A stretch of DNA of 64,000 nucleotides from an uncultured Gammaproteobacteria bacterium (GCA_964628855.1 CAZVMV010000001.1:77145-141144), one strand, 5' to 3'; counted from the first letter of the stretch, positions 8,709 to 19,020 are shown. Numbers and translations: made by a program. The notes: generated by a model not told the origin, from the letters alone.

Positions 8709-9983
8709 TTAAAAACCTTCGTAATTGCGCATCACCAGTTGGGATTCGATTTGTTTGACAGTTTCAATGACAACACTGACGACGATCAGCAAGCTCGTGC
8801 CACCAACGACTAATGATTGCATGTTAGTAACTGACTGTACGATATTAGGTAAAATCGCAATGATGCCAAGAAATAGAGCGCCACCCAAAATTATCCGATT
8901 TGAAACATACCCCAAGAAATCAGAGGTTGGTGTGCCAGGTCTGATGCCGGGGATGAATCCGCCCTGTTTCTGCAAATTTTCAGAAATCTGTGTGGGATGG
9001 AATATTACGGCAGTATAAAAATAAGTAAAAGCCACGACCATAACAAAATACATGATGGCATACCACAACTGATTTCGGAAAAAGCTAATAATCCAGCTAG
9101 AAATTGAGGCGATCATCGGGGTAGATGAGTTTACAAAAAACTGGGCAATCATCGGAGGGAATAATATGATCGACACGGCGAATATGATCGGAATCACGCC
9201 TGCTTGGTTTATCTTGAGCGGCAGAAAAGTGTTGACGCCGCCATACATCCGATTGCCACGGATTCTTTTCGCATATGAAACGGGAATATTCCTCTGCCCC
9301 TCGGTGATGTAGACAATACCCGCGACTGTAATAATGCCTATTACTACAAAAATCAAAAGGCCACCGATTTTAGTCATGTCAAAAGTAGCAAAAGTCTGTT
9401 GGACAGTCGTAGGTACACGGGCAACTATACCGGCAAAAATCAACAAAGAAATGCCGTTGCCAATATGTTTTTCGGAGATGAGCTCACCGATCCACATTAA
9501 AAACATGGTGCCGGCTGTAATAACGATAATTGTAGTTACCAATTGCATCATTCCCATTTCGCTTACTATTCCCTGTCCGGATTGGCCCAAAAATTTGATC
9601 ATGGCAAAAGCCTGCATCATGGCCAATGGCACCGTCAGGATTCTCTGGTATTGGTTTATTTTTTCACGTCCGGCTTCGCCCTCTTTCTGCATTTCTTCAA
9701 GCTTCGGAATGACCATTGTCAATAGCTGGAAGATGATCGAGGCAGTAATGTAGGGGGCGACGCCCATCATGACTATGGAAAAATTTTCCATGCCGCCACC
9801 GGAAAAAATGCTCAACAATCCAAGAATTTGATTTGACTGGAAAAGGTTCCTCAGGTTCTCCACATTTACGCCTGGGATGGGAATATGGGCAGCTATCCGG
9901 AATATGAAAAGCATGGCCAGAACAAACAATATCTTGTTCCGGAGTTCCTTAACTTTCCAGATTTGGCTGATTTTCTCCCACAT
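8709..9983 (-). CDS. secY: Preprotein translocase SecY
   Basis: GVAPYITASII, GIGNG-like HIGNGISLLIFAG, GVIPIIFA, IPGIRPG, GGTSLLIVV. Confidence 0.99.
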   Translation of the reverse strand: MWEKISQIWKVKELRNKILFVLAMLFIFRIAAHIPIPGVNVENLRNLFQSNQILGLLSIFSGGGMENFSIVMMGVAPYITASIIFQLLTMVIPKLEEMQKEGEAGREKINQYQRILTVPLAMMQAFAMIKFLGQSGQGIVSEMGMMQLVTTIIVITAGTMFLMWIGELISEKHIGNGISLLIFAGIVARVPTTVQQTFATFDMTKIGGLLIFVVIGIITVAGIVYITEGQRNIPVSYAKRIRGNRMYGGVNTFLPLKINQAGVIPIIFAVSIILFPPMIAQFFVNSSTPMIASISSWIISFFRNQLWYAIMYFVMVVAFTYFYTAVIFHPTQISENLQKQGGFIPGIRPGTPTSDFLGYVSNRIILGGALFLGIIAILPNIVQSVTNMQSLVVGGTSLLIVVSVVIETVKQIESQLVMRNYEGF

Positions 9984-10003
9984 GGCTTTTAGTATACCCT
10001 TAT

Positions 10004-10477
10004 TTAAGCCTTTTGTTTAACTTTGGGCTGTTTTACGGCATGTACTTGGACCTGGCCACCAGCCTTGGTAATCGCTTCTCTCGCTGAATGGGAAAAAGCA
10101 TCGGCTGCTACGACCAGCTTCTTTTTTATCGTACCGCCGCCGAGTATTTTCACGGTTTGCTGGGTATCTGCCAATAATCCGACTGCAACGAGCCTTGACT
10201 TGTTTATCACAGAGCCAGAATCAAACTTTTTTTCCAGATCACCCACATTCACCGCGACATGGCGCGGGTGAAAAGATGAGAAGCCTCTTGATTTCGGCAA
10301 TTGCTGTAAAAACATCTTCAATCCGCGGCGATAAAGGTTTTTACGTCCTCCTGAACGCGCGCGTTGGCCTTTTGATCCTTTGCCGGCAGTTGTCCCGTGG
10401 CCAGATCCGTCACCACGGCCGACGACTTTGCGTTTTTTTCTCAGATAAGATTTTAAATTTGATAAATGGAGAGACAT
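10004..10477 (-). CDS. rplO: 50S ribosomal protein L15
   Basis: VGRGDGSGHGTTAGKGSKGQRARSG; position in the spc operon. Confidence 0.97.
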   Translation of the reverse strand: MSLHLSNLKSYLRKKRKVVGRGDGSGHGTTAGKGSKGQRARSGGRKNLYRRGLKMFLQQLPKSRGFSSFHPRHVAVNVGDLEKKFDSGSVINKSRLVAVGLLADTQQTVKILGGGTIKKKLVVAADAFSHSAREAITKAGGQVQVHAVKQPKVKQKA

Positions 10478-10479
10478 AA

Positions 10480-11001
10480 TTATTTGGTTGATTTTATCTT
10501 CCTCATTTTCGCAATTTCATTCAGCTGCGACAACGCCCCCAGAGTAGCCAGCACATTATTTACTTTATTTTTGGATCCAAGCATTTTAGACACCACATTT
10601 TTAATTCCTGCGAGCTCCAATACTGCCCGAACTGCCCCACCTGCGATCACGCCAGAACCGACTGGGGCCGGTTTCAGCATAACTACTGCGGCGCCGAATT
10701 TATGCACAACCCGACAGGGCACAGAATCATTGACAGTGGTAACGGATATCAGGTTTTTCTTGGCTGCGGCTACAGCCTTATTGATAGCGAGGGATACATC
10801 AGCGCCCTTACGCAACCCCATGCCCACCCGACCCTTATGGTCACCGATCACAACACAAGCGCGGAAATTCATGCGCTTACCTCCGGCCATGACCCTGGTT
10901 ACCCTGGCCACATCAATCATCTTCTGGTCAAACTCATCATCCCTTTCCTTACGATCACCGCGATGGCGGCCTTTTGATTTACCCTGTTTTTGTTCCAACA
11001 T
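10480..11001 (-). CDS. rpsE: 30S ribosomal protein S5
   Basis: RVTRVMAGGKR, PAPVGSGVIAGG. Confidence 0.98.
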   Translation of the reverse strand: MLEQKQGKSKGRHRGDRKERDDEFDQKMIDVARVTRVMAGGKRMNFRACVVIGDHKGRVGMGLRKGADVSLAINKAVAAAKKNLISVTTVNDSVPCRVVHKFGAAVVMLKPAPVGSGVIAGGAVRAVLELAGIKNVVSKMLGSKNKVNNVLATLGALSQLNEIAKMRKIKSTK

Positions 11002-11014
11002 AAATGTCTAATAA

Positions 11015-11377
11015 TTAAAATTTCAATCCACCTGTCCGCATCCCCTCAGCTACGGCCGCAACGCGGCCATGGTATCTGTATCCGCGACGGTCGAAAACCA
11101 CTGCCGCAATTTTTTTGGCCAAGGCCTTTTCAGCGACCAACTTACCCAGTTCTTTTCCCTGGTCAACTTTAGACTGGCCTTTTGTTCCCTTCAATAATTT
11201 ATCCTCAACCGAGAGCAGGGTCCGTCCAGTCATATCATCTATTAGCTGAACAGAAGTATGACGTAAACTGCGGAAAATCGCCGCACGGGGCCGTTCTTTT
11301 GTACCGTAAATTTTCGACCTGACACGACGGCTCCGCATTATCCTTTTATTTCTTTTTACCTGGTGTTTATTGTTCAT
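11015..11377 (-). CDS. rplR: 50S ribosomal protein L18
   Basis: RPR..FRS, VVFDRRGYRYHGRV. Confidence 0.97.
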   Translation of the reverse strand: MNNKHQVKRNKRIMRSRRVRSKIYGTKERPRAAIFRSLRHTSVQLIDDMTGRTLLSVEDKLLKGTKGQSKVDQGKELGKLVAEKALAKKIAAVVFDRRGYRYHGRVAAVAEGMRTGGLKF

Positions 11378-11389
11378 ATCATTTCAAAA

Positions 11390-11941
11390 TTAGCCTGCGC
11401 CTGCCGTTTTGACGACTTTACCGGCCTTCCTGCGGATGACTTCACCGGAATACTTTATTCCCTTGCCTTTATATGGCTCGGGCTTTTTAATATCGCGAAT
11501 CTGAGCTGACACGTGCCCAACCAACTGCTTATCAATACCGGATACCGTAATGGTATTTTTTTCTACCTTGATCTCTATGCCAGTTGGGATTTTATATTCA
11601 ACGGGATGGGAAAAACCGACATTCAGGTTCAGCGAGCGGCCAGCAACAGCTGCCCGAAAACCTACGCCGGTTATCTCCAATTGTTTGGAAAATCCTTTAG
11701 TCACTCCGATCACCGCATTGTATAACAATACGCGCGACAACCCCCAGAGCGACCGGCCCTGTTTTTCGTCAGTTCTTTCCACCAAGACGTCCAAGGCGCT
11801 GTCTTTTTTTGTAGCCTTGACCCAGGGGTGCAATGTCACCGACAGGGTGCCCTTCGGCCCTTTTATTGTGACTACCTGCCCTGCTATCTGCACGTCCACT
11901 TCGGCTGGTATGATTATGGTTTTTTTACCGATACGAGGCAT
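11390..11941 (-). CDS. rplF: 50S ribosomal protein L6
   Basis: MPRIGKK, GFSHPV, PEPYKGKGI. Confidence 0.98.
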   Translation of the reverse strand: MPRIGKKTIIIPAEVDVQIAGQVVTIKGPKGTLSVTLHPWVKATKKDSALDVLVERTDEKQGRSLWGLSRVLLYNAVIGVTKGFSKQLEITGVGFRAAVAGRSLNLNVGFSHPVEYKIPTGIEIKVEKNTITVSGIDKQLVGHVSAQIRDIKKPEPYKGKGIKYSGEVIRRKAGKVVKTAGAG

Positions 11942-11959
11942 AAAAAATTCCTGTGTAGT

Positions 11960-12355
11960 TTAATATATAACGCACATTACTTCACCGCCAAGCTTCTCGC
12001 GTTTTGCTTCTGCATTTGTTTTCAATCCTCTGGAGGTGGAGACGATCTGGATGCCAAGGCTAGGCAAAACTCGCGGAATGTCTCTGGCCGCCTGATAAAC
12101 CCGCCGGCCTGGCTTACTGACACGGTCAAGACCTTGAATAGCTGGTATCCCATCTTGGTATTTCAGTACAATCCTAATAACCGGGCGGTCTGTTTGAGCA
12201 TCTTTTGCCTGGTCAGCCTTCTTGACGAAGCCTTCTCTTTCCAATATCTGGGCAATGTTCCACTTCACTTTGGAAGCCGGCAGAAAAACCTCCGCCTTTT
12301 TTAGCGTAACCGCGTTACGAATCCTAGTGAGCATGTCGGAAATTGGATCTGTCAT
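11960..12355 (-). CDS. rpsH: 30S ribosomal protein S8
   Basis: TDPISDMLTRIRNA, SKPGRRVY, STSRG, GGEV. Confidence 0.98.
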   Translation of the reverse strand: MTDPISDMLTRIRNAVTLKKAEVFLPASKVKWNIAQILEREGFVKKADQAKDAQTDRPVIRIVLKYQDGIPAIQGLDRVSKPGRRVYQAARDIPRVLPSLGIQIVSTSRGLKTNAEAKREKLGGEVMCVIY

Positions 12356-12390
12356 ACGTTATGCGAAAAATTATGTGTCAGTTAATAATA

Positions 12391-12576
12391 TTACCAGCTT
12401 GCTTTGCGGATACCGGGAATCTCGCCATTATTGGCCAGTTCACGGAAACAAATACGGCACAAATTGAAAGCCCGCATATACCCTCGACGTCGACCACAAC
12501 GCCAACAACGATGGACGATCCGGGTGGAATATTTCGGTTTTTTCTTTGATTTAGCGATTTGCGATTCCTTGGCCAT
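12391..12576 (-). CDS. rpsN: 30S ribosomal protein S14 (zinc-binding type Z)
   Basis: RCWRCGR...[10 protein letters not shown]...IPGIRKASW. Confidence 0.97.
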   Translation of the reverse strand: MAKESQIAKSKKKPKYSTRIVHRCWRCGRRRGYMRAFNLCRICFRELANNGEIPGIRKASW

Positions 12577-12585
12577 ATGTTATTT

Positions 12586-13131
12586 TTAGTTCTTCTTGAA
12601 TGGGATGCCTAATAAGGTGAATAATTCCAAGCCCTCATCTTTTGATTTGGCGTTCGTGGTCAAACAGACCTCCAAGCCATGTATACGCTCGACCTCATCT
12701 GACCTGATTTCCGGAAATACTATATGCTCTTTAAACCCGATGGTCAGATTCCCATGCTCATCGATTGCCTTTGGGTTTATTCCCTGGAAATCGCGCACGC
12801 GGGCCAGGGCAACATTAGCAAGCTTGTCAACAAAATCATACATGCGATTTCCTCGCAAAGTCACCGTTACGCCTACTGTCATGCCTTTGCGGATTTTGAA
12901 CGCGGAGATTGATTTCTTGGCTTTAGCCAACATCGGCTTTTGTCCCGAGATACGAGTCATGGTATTTACGACAGAATCAATAAATTTGTCATCTTTAAGT
13001 GCTTTGCCAACTCCGCTGTTCAATACGACTTTAATTAAGCGTGGCACAGCCATCACATTCGTGTAGCCGAAACGTTTTTCCATGGCCGGCACCACCTGCT
13101 TAAAATATTTTTCTTTCAATCTTGGGGTCAT
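12586..13131 (-). CDS. rplE: 50S ribosomal protein L5
   Basis: Start at ATG 13131 (MTPRLKEKY). ISGQKP, SISAFKIRKG, RVRDFQG, IVFPEI. Confidence 0.97.
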   Translation of the reverse strand: MTPRLKEKYFKQVVPAMEKRFGYTNVMAVPRLIKVVLNSGVGKALKDDKFIDSVVNTMTRISGQKPMLAKAKKSISAFKIRKGMTVGVTVTLRGNRMYDFVDKLANVALARVRDFQGINPKAIDEHGNLTIGFKEHIVFPEIRSDEVERIHGLEVCLTTNAKSKDEGLELFTLLGIPFKKN

Positions 13132-13135
13132 ATAA

Positions 13136-13444
13136 TTAAATATTCTGCTTACATTTCCTGCAAATTCTGATCTTTTTGCCATCAGCCGTTTTGGTGAATC
13201 CGATTTTAACAGGTTTGCTGCATTTGTTGCAATACAGCGCCACATTTGATGCGTCAACCGGGGCATTATAACGGACTACTTGCCCCTTCTCCCCTTGTCG
13301 TTTCGGCCGTACATTTTTTGCCATCATGTTCATCCCCTCAACCACAACTTTATTGGATTCAGGAAAGGTTTGCAGGACCTTGCCTTTTTTGCCACGGTCC
13401 TTGCCGGTGATTATTTGTACACTGTCGTTTTTCTTGAGATACAT
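13136..13444 (-). CDS. rplX: 50S ribosomal protein L24
   Basis: KOW motif ITGKDRGKKGKV, VVVEGMN, ASNVAL; C-terminal CNKC..CRKC. Confidence 0.97.
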   Translation of the reverse strand: MYLKKNDSVQIITGKDRGKKGKVLQTFPESNKVVVEGMNMMAKNVRPKRQGEKGQVVRYNAPVDASNVALYCNKCSKPVKIGFTKTADGKKIRICRKCKQNI

Positions 13445-13449
13445 ATTTA

Positions 13450-13821
13450 TTAAAGCACTTCTGGTGCTAATGAAATTATTTTTGTAAAGCCTTTATTGCG
13501 CAATTCTCTCGCCACTGGCCCAAAAATTCTGGTACCTTTTGGCTCTTTGGACTTGGTGTCAATTACCACGCCAGCATTGTCGTCAAAACGGATATACGAA
13601 CCATCAGAGCGCCGGTACTCTTTGCGTTGGCGGACGATTACCATATGCGCCACGTCGCCTTTTTTTATCATAGCGTGTGGGATAGCCTCTTTGACACTTA
13701 CCGTAACAATATCACCAAGCTGCGCATAGCGTTTCTGGTATCCGCCTAGGACCTTAATTACCATTACGCGACGGGCGCCTGTATTGTCGGCAATTGTTAA
13801 TGTTGAACGGGGTTGTATCAT
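13450..13821 (-). CDS. rplN: 50S ribosomal protein L14
   Basis: [26 protein letters not shown]. Confidence 0.99.
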   Translation of the reverse strand: MIQPRSTLTIADNTGARRVMVIKVLGGYQKRYAQLGDIVTVSVKEAIPHAMIKKGDVAHMVIVRQRKEYRRSDGSYIRFDDNAGVVIDTKSKEPKGTRIFGPVARELRNKGFTKIISLAPEVL

Positions 13822-13839
13822 AACTTTAATGCGTAACGA

Positions 13840-14085
13840 TTAAGAGACTTTCTTTAATACGCGCCAGCGTTTGTCTTTGCTCATTGGCCTTGTTTCTTCT
13901 ATGGCAACCTGATCACCGACATGATATTCATTCTTTTCGTCATGGGCTTTGAATGTGTTTCGTACCGTAAACTGTTTTAAATATTTTGGGTGCTTTTTCA
14001 CACGTTCAACCCTAACCACGACGGTCTTGTCCATTTTATCACTGGTAATAACTCCCTGGAGTTGTCGCTTCTTGTTCGCTGGCAT
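13840..14085 (-). CDS. rpsQ: 30S ribosomal protein S17
   Basis: SDKMDKTVVV, HPKY, AHDE, ETRPMSKDKRW. Confidence 0.98.
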   Translation of the reverse strand: MPANKKRQLQGVITSDKMDKTVVVRVERVKKHPKYLKQFTVRNTFKAHDEKNEYHVGDQVAIEETRPMSKDKRWRVLKKVS

Positions 14086-14088
14086 ATA

Positions 14089-14307
14089 TTATTTTTTTAC
14101 TTGGTGTTGAAATTCTTTCAGCTTGGATTTTTCCTTGAGAACAGTGAGTATGCGGGCGATTACATGTCGCGCTTCGCGCAGTTCCCTGACATCCTTATGC
14201 TGTTTTGTGCTTACGCGGAAACGTAATTCACGCAACTGTTCACGCTGCAATTTGATCAGTTTCTTTAGTTCATCTTCACTTTTTTGTCTCAATTCTTTTA
14301 TATCCAT
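14089..14307 (-). CDS. rpmC: 50S ribosomal protein L29
   Basis: KELR..S..EL, LRFR, IARILTV; position between rplP and rpsQ. Confidence 0.95.
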   Translation of the reverse strand: MDIKELRQKSEDELKKLIKLQREQLRELRFRVSTKQHKDVRELREARHVIARILTVLKEKSKLKEFQHQVKK

Positions 14308-14311
14308 AATA

Positions 14312-14722
14312 TTATTCGTCTTTGCTCATGAATTTTGTCGTTACAGAAAGCTTGTGTGACGCCAGCCGCAGGGCTTCCTGGGCGACGGAACGATCCACCC
14401 CATCCATTTCAAACAGCACCATTCCTGGTTTCACAATCGCGACATAATGATCAACATTACCTTTACCTCCTCCCATCGGGGACTCATTACCATGCAGCGT
14501 AACTGGCTTATCGGGGAATATCCTGATCCAAACTTTACCACCTTTATGAAGGAAACGGGTAACGGCACGACGGGCAGCCTCAATCTGACGGGATGATACC
14601 CACCCATTTTGCAGGGCTTTCAGTCCATAACTTCCGAAATCAAGATTATTCTTCGAATATGACTTCCCGTATATTCTGCCCTTATGCCACTTCCGGTGTT
14701 TTACTTTTTTTGGTATTAACAT
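14312..14722 (-). CDS. rplP: 50S ribosomal protein L16
   Basis: RQIEAARRA, WIRIFPDKPVT, MGGGKG. Confidence 0.98.
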   Translation of the reverse strand: MLIPKKVKHRKWHKGRIYGKSYSKNNLDFGSYGLKALQNGWVSSRQIEAARRAVTRFLHKGGKVWIRIFPDKPVTLHGNESPMGGGKGNVDHYVAIVKPGMVLFEMDGVDRSVAQEALRLASHKLSVTTKFMSKDE

Positions 14723-14725
14723 AAT

Positions 14726-15385
14726 TTAACCCTTCTGATTCTCGACTGTATTATTAAAAACCAAACCGCGGTTGATCCATACTTTCACGCCAACAGCGCC
14801 ATAGGTGGTAAATGCAGCACCACGCGCATAATCAATATCGGCTCGCAACGTGTGTAACGGCACGCTACCCTGCCCGAATTTCTCCGTCCTGGCAATTTCC
14901 GCACCATTCAAACGTCCAGCAATGATAATTTTCACGCCCTTGGCACCTGCCTGCATGACTTGCTCAATCGCCCGCTTGGCGGCGCGCCTAAACGGTATGC
15001 GCTTCTCCAGCTGTTCGATTATCCCCTGGCAAACCAGCTGGGCGCTTAAATAAATCTTGTCAACTTCATGTATATTCAGAGTCAGGTTTTTCTTCTTCTC
15101 CATGAATTTCTTCTTGATCTCCTTTTTCAGGTCTTCGGCGCCCTGACCTCCACGACCGATGACCACGCCGGGTTTGGCGGTAAATATATTGACAACAAGC
15201 TCAGCGCCAGAGCGTTCAACTTCTACATTGGCCAGTCCGGCTTCGCGCAACTTGCGGTAAAGGAATTTACGGATCTTAATGTCCTGCTCTAAAAATTTGG
15301 TATAGTCCTTTTTGGCAAACCATTTGGATTTCCAGCCGATATTGACTCCCAATCGAAATGCTTTTGGATGTACTTTTTGTCCCAT
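14726..15385 (-). CDS. rpsC: 30S ribosomal protein S3
   Basis: MGQKVHP, KH domain [32 protein letters not shown]. Confidence 0.99.
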   Translation of the reverse strand: MGQKVHPKAFRLGVNIGWKSKWFAKKDYTKFLEQDIKIRKFLYRKLREAGLANVEVERSGAELVVNIFTAKPGVVIGRGGQGAEDLKKEIKKKFMEKKKNLTLNIHEVDKIYLSAQLVCQGIIEQLEKRIPFRRAAKRAIEQVMQAGAKGVKIIIAGRLNGAEIARTEKFGQGSVPLHTLRADIDYARGAAFTTYGAVGVKVWINRGLVFNNTVENQKG

Positions 15386-15389
15386 AGTC

Positions 15390-15944
15390 TTATCGTTCTC
15401 CTAATCGTCTTGAAAATTTATCTTTTATGCCTTTTAAATTAATAAGTGGCTTCTTCTCCCCCGTTGCCGCCTCCTCGGCTGATGGCTTACCCTTTGCTTC
15501 ATGTTTGATGTCCTTGAAATCTACGACAGGTTGAGTAGTTGTAGCTTTTCCCGCAGCTGCCTTAATAGCTTTAACTGCTTTCTTGCCTTTTACTTTTACA
15601 CCTTTTGCAGCTGCTAGTTCGTCAAGAATAATAGTGACGTGTGAAGATTTTTTTAATATTGGCGCCGCACGACCGAACGCCCGTGGTTTCCATCTTTTCA
15701 AACTTGGACCCATATCCACAAACGCTTTTTTGATGAATAACGTTTCTTTTTTTATCTGAAAATTATTCTCAGCATTAGCAATAGCGGATTTGAGCAGCTT
15801 TAACACTGGCAATACGGCATCCTTCTGTATATACATTAAGCGGTGCTCAGCTTCATCGACCGAACGTCCGCGGATGGCATCAATCACCAGCCGCACTTTG
15901 CGGGGAGACATCCTTAGAAATCGTAGTTTTGCTCTGACTTCCAT
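15390..15944 (-). CDS. rplV: 50S ribosomal protein L22 with ~75 aa C-terminal extension
   Basis: [39 protein letters not shown], then a Lys/Ala-rich tail. Confidence 0.97.
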   Translation of the reverse strand: MEVRAKLRFLRMSPRKVRLVIDAIRGRSVDEAEHRLMYIQKDAVLPVLKLLKSAIANAENNFQIKKETLFIKKAFVDMGPSLKRWKPRAFGRAAPILKKSSHVTIILDELAAAKGVKVKGKKAVKAIKAAAGKATTTQPVVDFKDIKHEAKGKPSAEEAATGEKKPLINLKGIKDKFSRRLGER

Positions 15945-15961
15945 AACAAATTAAATACGTA

Positions 15962-16321
15962 TTATTTAACTGCGGGAGCCGCCTTGCCAGCTTCTGGGGC
16001 AGCTTGAGACTTTTGCAATTCAGCTTTTTGGGCCAGTGCTGCTGCCGCTTCCTCTTCGCGTTGCATGCGACCGCCATGTTTTACAAATTTCCTGGTTTGA
16101 GCGAATTCACCCAACCGATGACCGACCATATTTTCAACAATGTATACGGACACGTGATCGCGGCCATTATGGACCCCAAAGGTATATCCGACCATTTCCG
16201 GTGAAATGACTGAATCGCGTGACCATGTTTTAATAACTGTCCGATCGCCAGCTTTCAGTTTGGCTACTTTTTTCAGTAGATTCAGATCTGTAAATGGCCC
16301 TTTTTTAAGACTTCGTGTCAT
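15962..16321 (-). CDS. rpsS: 30S ribosomal protein S19 with C-terminal extension
   Basis: [30 protein letters not shown]; Ala-rich tail. Confidence 0.98.
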   Translation of the reverse strand: MTRSLKKGPFTDLNLLKKVAKLKAGDRTVIKTWSRDSVISPEMVGYTFGVHNGRDHVSVYIVENMVGHRLGEFAQTRKFVKHGGRMQREEEAAAALAQKAELQKSQAAPEAGKAAPAVK

Positions 16322-16343
16322 AATATATGATAATTGTGATGAA

Positions 16344-17174
16344 TTATTTTCTGCGATGGACGATCAGGGCGTCGGAATATTTACCGGCTTTGCGCGTTTT
16401 TACGCCAAGCGCCGGCTTGCCCCAAGGCGTTTTCGGATGTTTCAAGCCTATCGGATTGTGGCCTTCACCACCGCCATGTGGGTGGTCAACAGGATTCATG
16501 GCTTTACCACGAACAGTCGGCTTGATGCCTCGCCAGCGGTTCTTTCCTGCCTTGCCGAGACGTACATTTTCATGATCAGTATTGGAAACCTGGCCAATTG
16601 TGGCTAAACATTCAGCGTTAAAAATTCTAACTTCGCCAGATGGTAATTTCAGCTGCGCAGTCCCGCCTTCAACTGCCTGGACGATAGCGCCAGACCCGGC
16701 CGAACGGACAATCGTGCCGGCAGTTCCAGGGAACAATTCAACGTCATGAACAGTAATTCCGACGGGCAATTTCCCCAATGGGACGCGGTTACCGGTTTTT
16801 ATTTCCGCTTTCTCTTTTGATGAAACCACCGTATCGCCGACCTTCATTCCATGCGGAGCGAGTATGTAGCTTTTATCGCCATTAGGATACTGCAGTAGAG
16901 CCAGCCAGGCTGTCCGGTTCGGGTCATATTCAAGGGCGATAATTTTTGCCGTCTCGTCAAATCTGAGCCGGCGGCTGTCAATCATCCGATAAAAACGTGC
17001 ATGACCGCCCCCACGATGCCGTACAGTAATTCGGCCTTGGTTATTTCGTCCGGAAGTCCGATTCAATGAAACCAGTAATTTCTTTTCTGGGCGCTTTTTG
17101 GTCAGTTCCGTACGGACGACACTACGCGAAAATCTGCGTCCTGGAGTGGTTGGGTTGTGCAGCTTGATTGCCAT
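16344..17174 (-). CDS. rplB: 50S ribosomal protein L2
   Basis: [28 protein letters not shown]. Confidence 0.99.
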   Translation of the reverse strand: MAIKLHNPTTPGRRFSRSVVRTELTKKRPEKKLLVSLNRTSGRNNQGRITVRHRGGGHARFYRMIDSRRLRFDETAKIIALEYDPNRTAWLALLQYPNGDKSYILAPHGMKVGDTVVSSKEKAEIKTGNRVPLGKLPVGITVHDVELFPGTAGTIVRSAGSGAIVQAVEGGTAQLKLPSGEVRIFNAECLATIGQVSNTDHENVRLGKAGKNRWRGIKPTVRGKAMNPVDHPHGGGEGHNPIGLKHPKTPWGKPALGVKTRKAGKYSDALIVHRRK

Positions 17175-17177
17175 ATT

Positions 17178-17684
17178 TTATAATCCTTCTTGAATTTCAA
17201 TTTTTTGCCCGGCCGCGAGGGTGATAATTGCCTTTTTCCAAGCTTTTGTCAGACCTTCACTGCGGCCATACCGTATTTTTTTTCCGCGAACATTTATGAT
17301 ATTCACCTTGATTGGGTCAACACCGTAAAGTTTACGTATCGCTTTCCTAACCTCGCTGCGGTTTGTCCTGGGCGCTACCTGGAAAACATATTGGTTGTAC
17401 ATGCCGAGCAGAGAACCTTTTTCAGTTACTAAAGGTTTGAGCAGAACCCGATAGGCATTACCCGTATCTTCCTTGGTAATTTTGGATTTTTTTGCCTTTG
17501 CATCGGATTTATCAGGTACAGCGGTCATGGTCCCATCGGCAGCTACCACGGTTTTTACATTATCCTGCGACTTTTTGGATGCCTGTGTTTTTGCGGTAGA
17601 TTTCGGCGTGCCAACTTTGTCAGCGCCAACAACAGTCTTTTCGTCAACGGACTTTTTAGATTTTAATTTATCGAATATTCCCAT
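17178..17684 (-). CDS. rplW: 50S ribosomal protein L23 with ~75 aa N-terminal extension
   Basis: Core motifs PLVTEK, YVFQV, WKKAIITL. The start lies 5 nt after the rplD stop, so the extension is probably real. Confidence 0.95.
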   Translation of the reverse strand: MGIFDKLKSKKSVDEKTVVGADKVGTPKSTAKTQASKKSQDNVKTVVAADGTMTAVPDKSDAKAKKSKITKEDTGNAYRVLLKPLVTEKGSLLGMYNQYVFQVAPRTNRSEVRKAIRKLYGVDPIKVNIINVRGKKIRYGRSEGLTKAWKKAIITLAAGQKIEIQEGL

Positions 17685-17689
17685 ACGGA

Positions 17690-18319
17690 TTATTTCAAGT
17701 ATGTTTTGGTAATGACTTCCAGACTTGCTTTTGGCATCAATAATGTCTCGTGGTCCAACACGTCGACTATATTCAAACTGTCAGCATTTATGGTCTTTAA
17801 AAATGGAATGTTGCGGGTGGATTTAATGATAGTCTGGTCGGATTTTGGCAAAGCCAATAAAATGGTTTTTTTCAGCGGCAATTTAGAAATCGATGCGAGG
17901 AAATCTTTTGTCTTGACCGTCTTTTGTGCCAGTGAATCTATAATGACAATATTTTTTTCGCTCGCCCGATCAGTAAGAGCCATGAAAAGCGCTTGGCGTC
18001 TGGCCTTCTTGTTCATCTTCAGTGAATAATTCCTATCTGATCTTGGTCCGAAAACTACCGCACCGCCCTTCCATATCGGCGACCGGATTGAGCCATGCCG
18101 TGCGCGCCCGGTGCCTTTTTGGCGCCATGGTTTTTTTCCTCCGCCACGTACTTCTGAACGATCCTTGGTGTGGGCAATCGCAACGCGGGAGTTTGCCTGT
18201 TGTGTCCTTATGGCCTGCTGAACAACCTGGGGCTTTACACGTACAGCAAATATTTTCGGCTCTAGGTTTACTTCGCCTATTTTTGCACCTGTTGAATTGT
18301 ATATGGCGACTTTTGTCAT
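17690..18319 (-). CDS. rplD: 50S ribosomal protein L4
   Basis: TKDRSEVRGGGKKPWRQKGTGRARHGSIRSP. Confidence 0.99.
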   Translation of the reverse strand: MTKVAIYNSTGAKIGEVNLEPKIFAVRVKPQVVQQAIRTQQANSRVAIAHTKDRSEVRGGGKKPWRQKGTGRARHGSIRSPIWKGGAVVFGPRSDRNYSLKMNKKARRQALFMALTDRASEKNIVIIDSLAQKTVKTKDFLASISKLPLKKTILLALPKSDQTIIKSTRNIPFLKTINADSLNIVDVLDHETLLMPKASLEVITKTYLK

Positions 18320-18324
18320 ATTAT

Positions 18325-19020
18325 TTAGTTCTTTTCTTCAGTCTCTGCTTCGGGAGACGTAGGTGGTTCAACCGCAGACTTTTCCCCCGTTTTTGGCTGT
18401 TCAATTTTCATTTCGCCCGTGGCAGTCAGCATCAACAGGTTGCCTTTTGGTCCCGGTACTGCACCTTTTAAATAAAGTAAATTTTTCTCTGCATCAATTT
18501 CGATTATTTCCAAATTATGGACGGTAGTGCGTGCATCACCCATATGACCCGCCATGCGCATGCCTTTTATAACCCGTTGTGGGGCGGTCGCACCGATAGA
18601 CCCAGGCATTCGGGATTGGTCCTTATTCCCATGGGTAGCGCGTGATCCGGAAAAATGATGGCGTTTGACGACGCCCTGGAAACCCTTGCCTTTGGACTTG
18701 CCCACAACTTTTACCTTATCGCCAACCGCAAATACTCCCGCCGTAATAATATCTCCCCTCTTCAAACCACTGTCGCCCTCTACCCTGAACTCTTTCAACG
18801 TCCGAACTGGAGTAAGATCTTTATATTGCCCCTTCAGAGAGGTCTTAATTTTTTTTGCTGGCCCAAATCCAATCTGAACGGACGAATAGCCGTCTTTTTC
18901 TTTAGTCCTGAGAGAAACTACCGGAGAAGGGCCTACCGTGACTACTGTCACCGGAACCACCGAACCGTCTTCGGCGAATCGCTGGGTCATATTCACTTTT
19001 TTCCCTAAAATAAATTTCAT
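18325..19020 (-). CDS. rplC: 50S ribosomal protein L3
   Basis: GKKVNMTQ, SKGKGFQGVVKRH, PGSIG, MAGHMG, KGAVPG; acidic C-terminal tail. Confidence 0.99.
   Translation of the reverse strand: MKFILGKKVNMTQRFAEDGSVVPVTVVTVGPSPVVSLRTKEKDGYSSVQIGFGPAKKIKTSLKGQYKDLTPVRTLKEFRVEGDSGLKRGDIITAGVFAVGDKVKVVGKSKGKGFQGVVKRHHFSGSRATHGNKDQSRMPGSIGATAPQRVIKGMRMAGHMGDARTTVHNLEIIEIDAEKNLLYLKGAVPGPKGNLLMLTATGEMKIEQPKTGEKSAVEPPTSPEAETEEKN

Noticed and set aside
13132-13266. Extension of L5 overlapping rplX
   Set aside because: The canonical start at 13131 follows the rplX stop by 4 nt.
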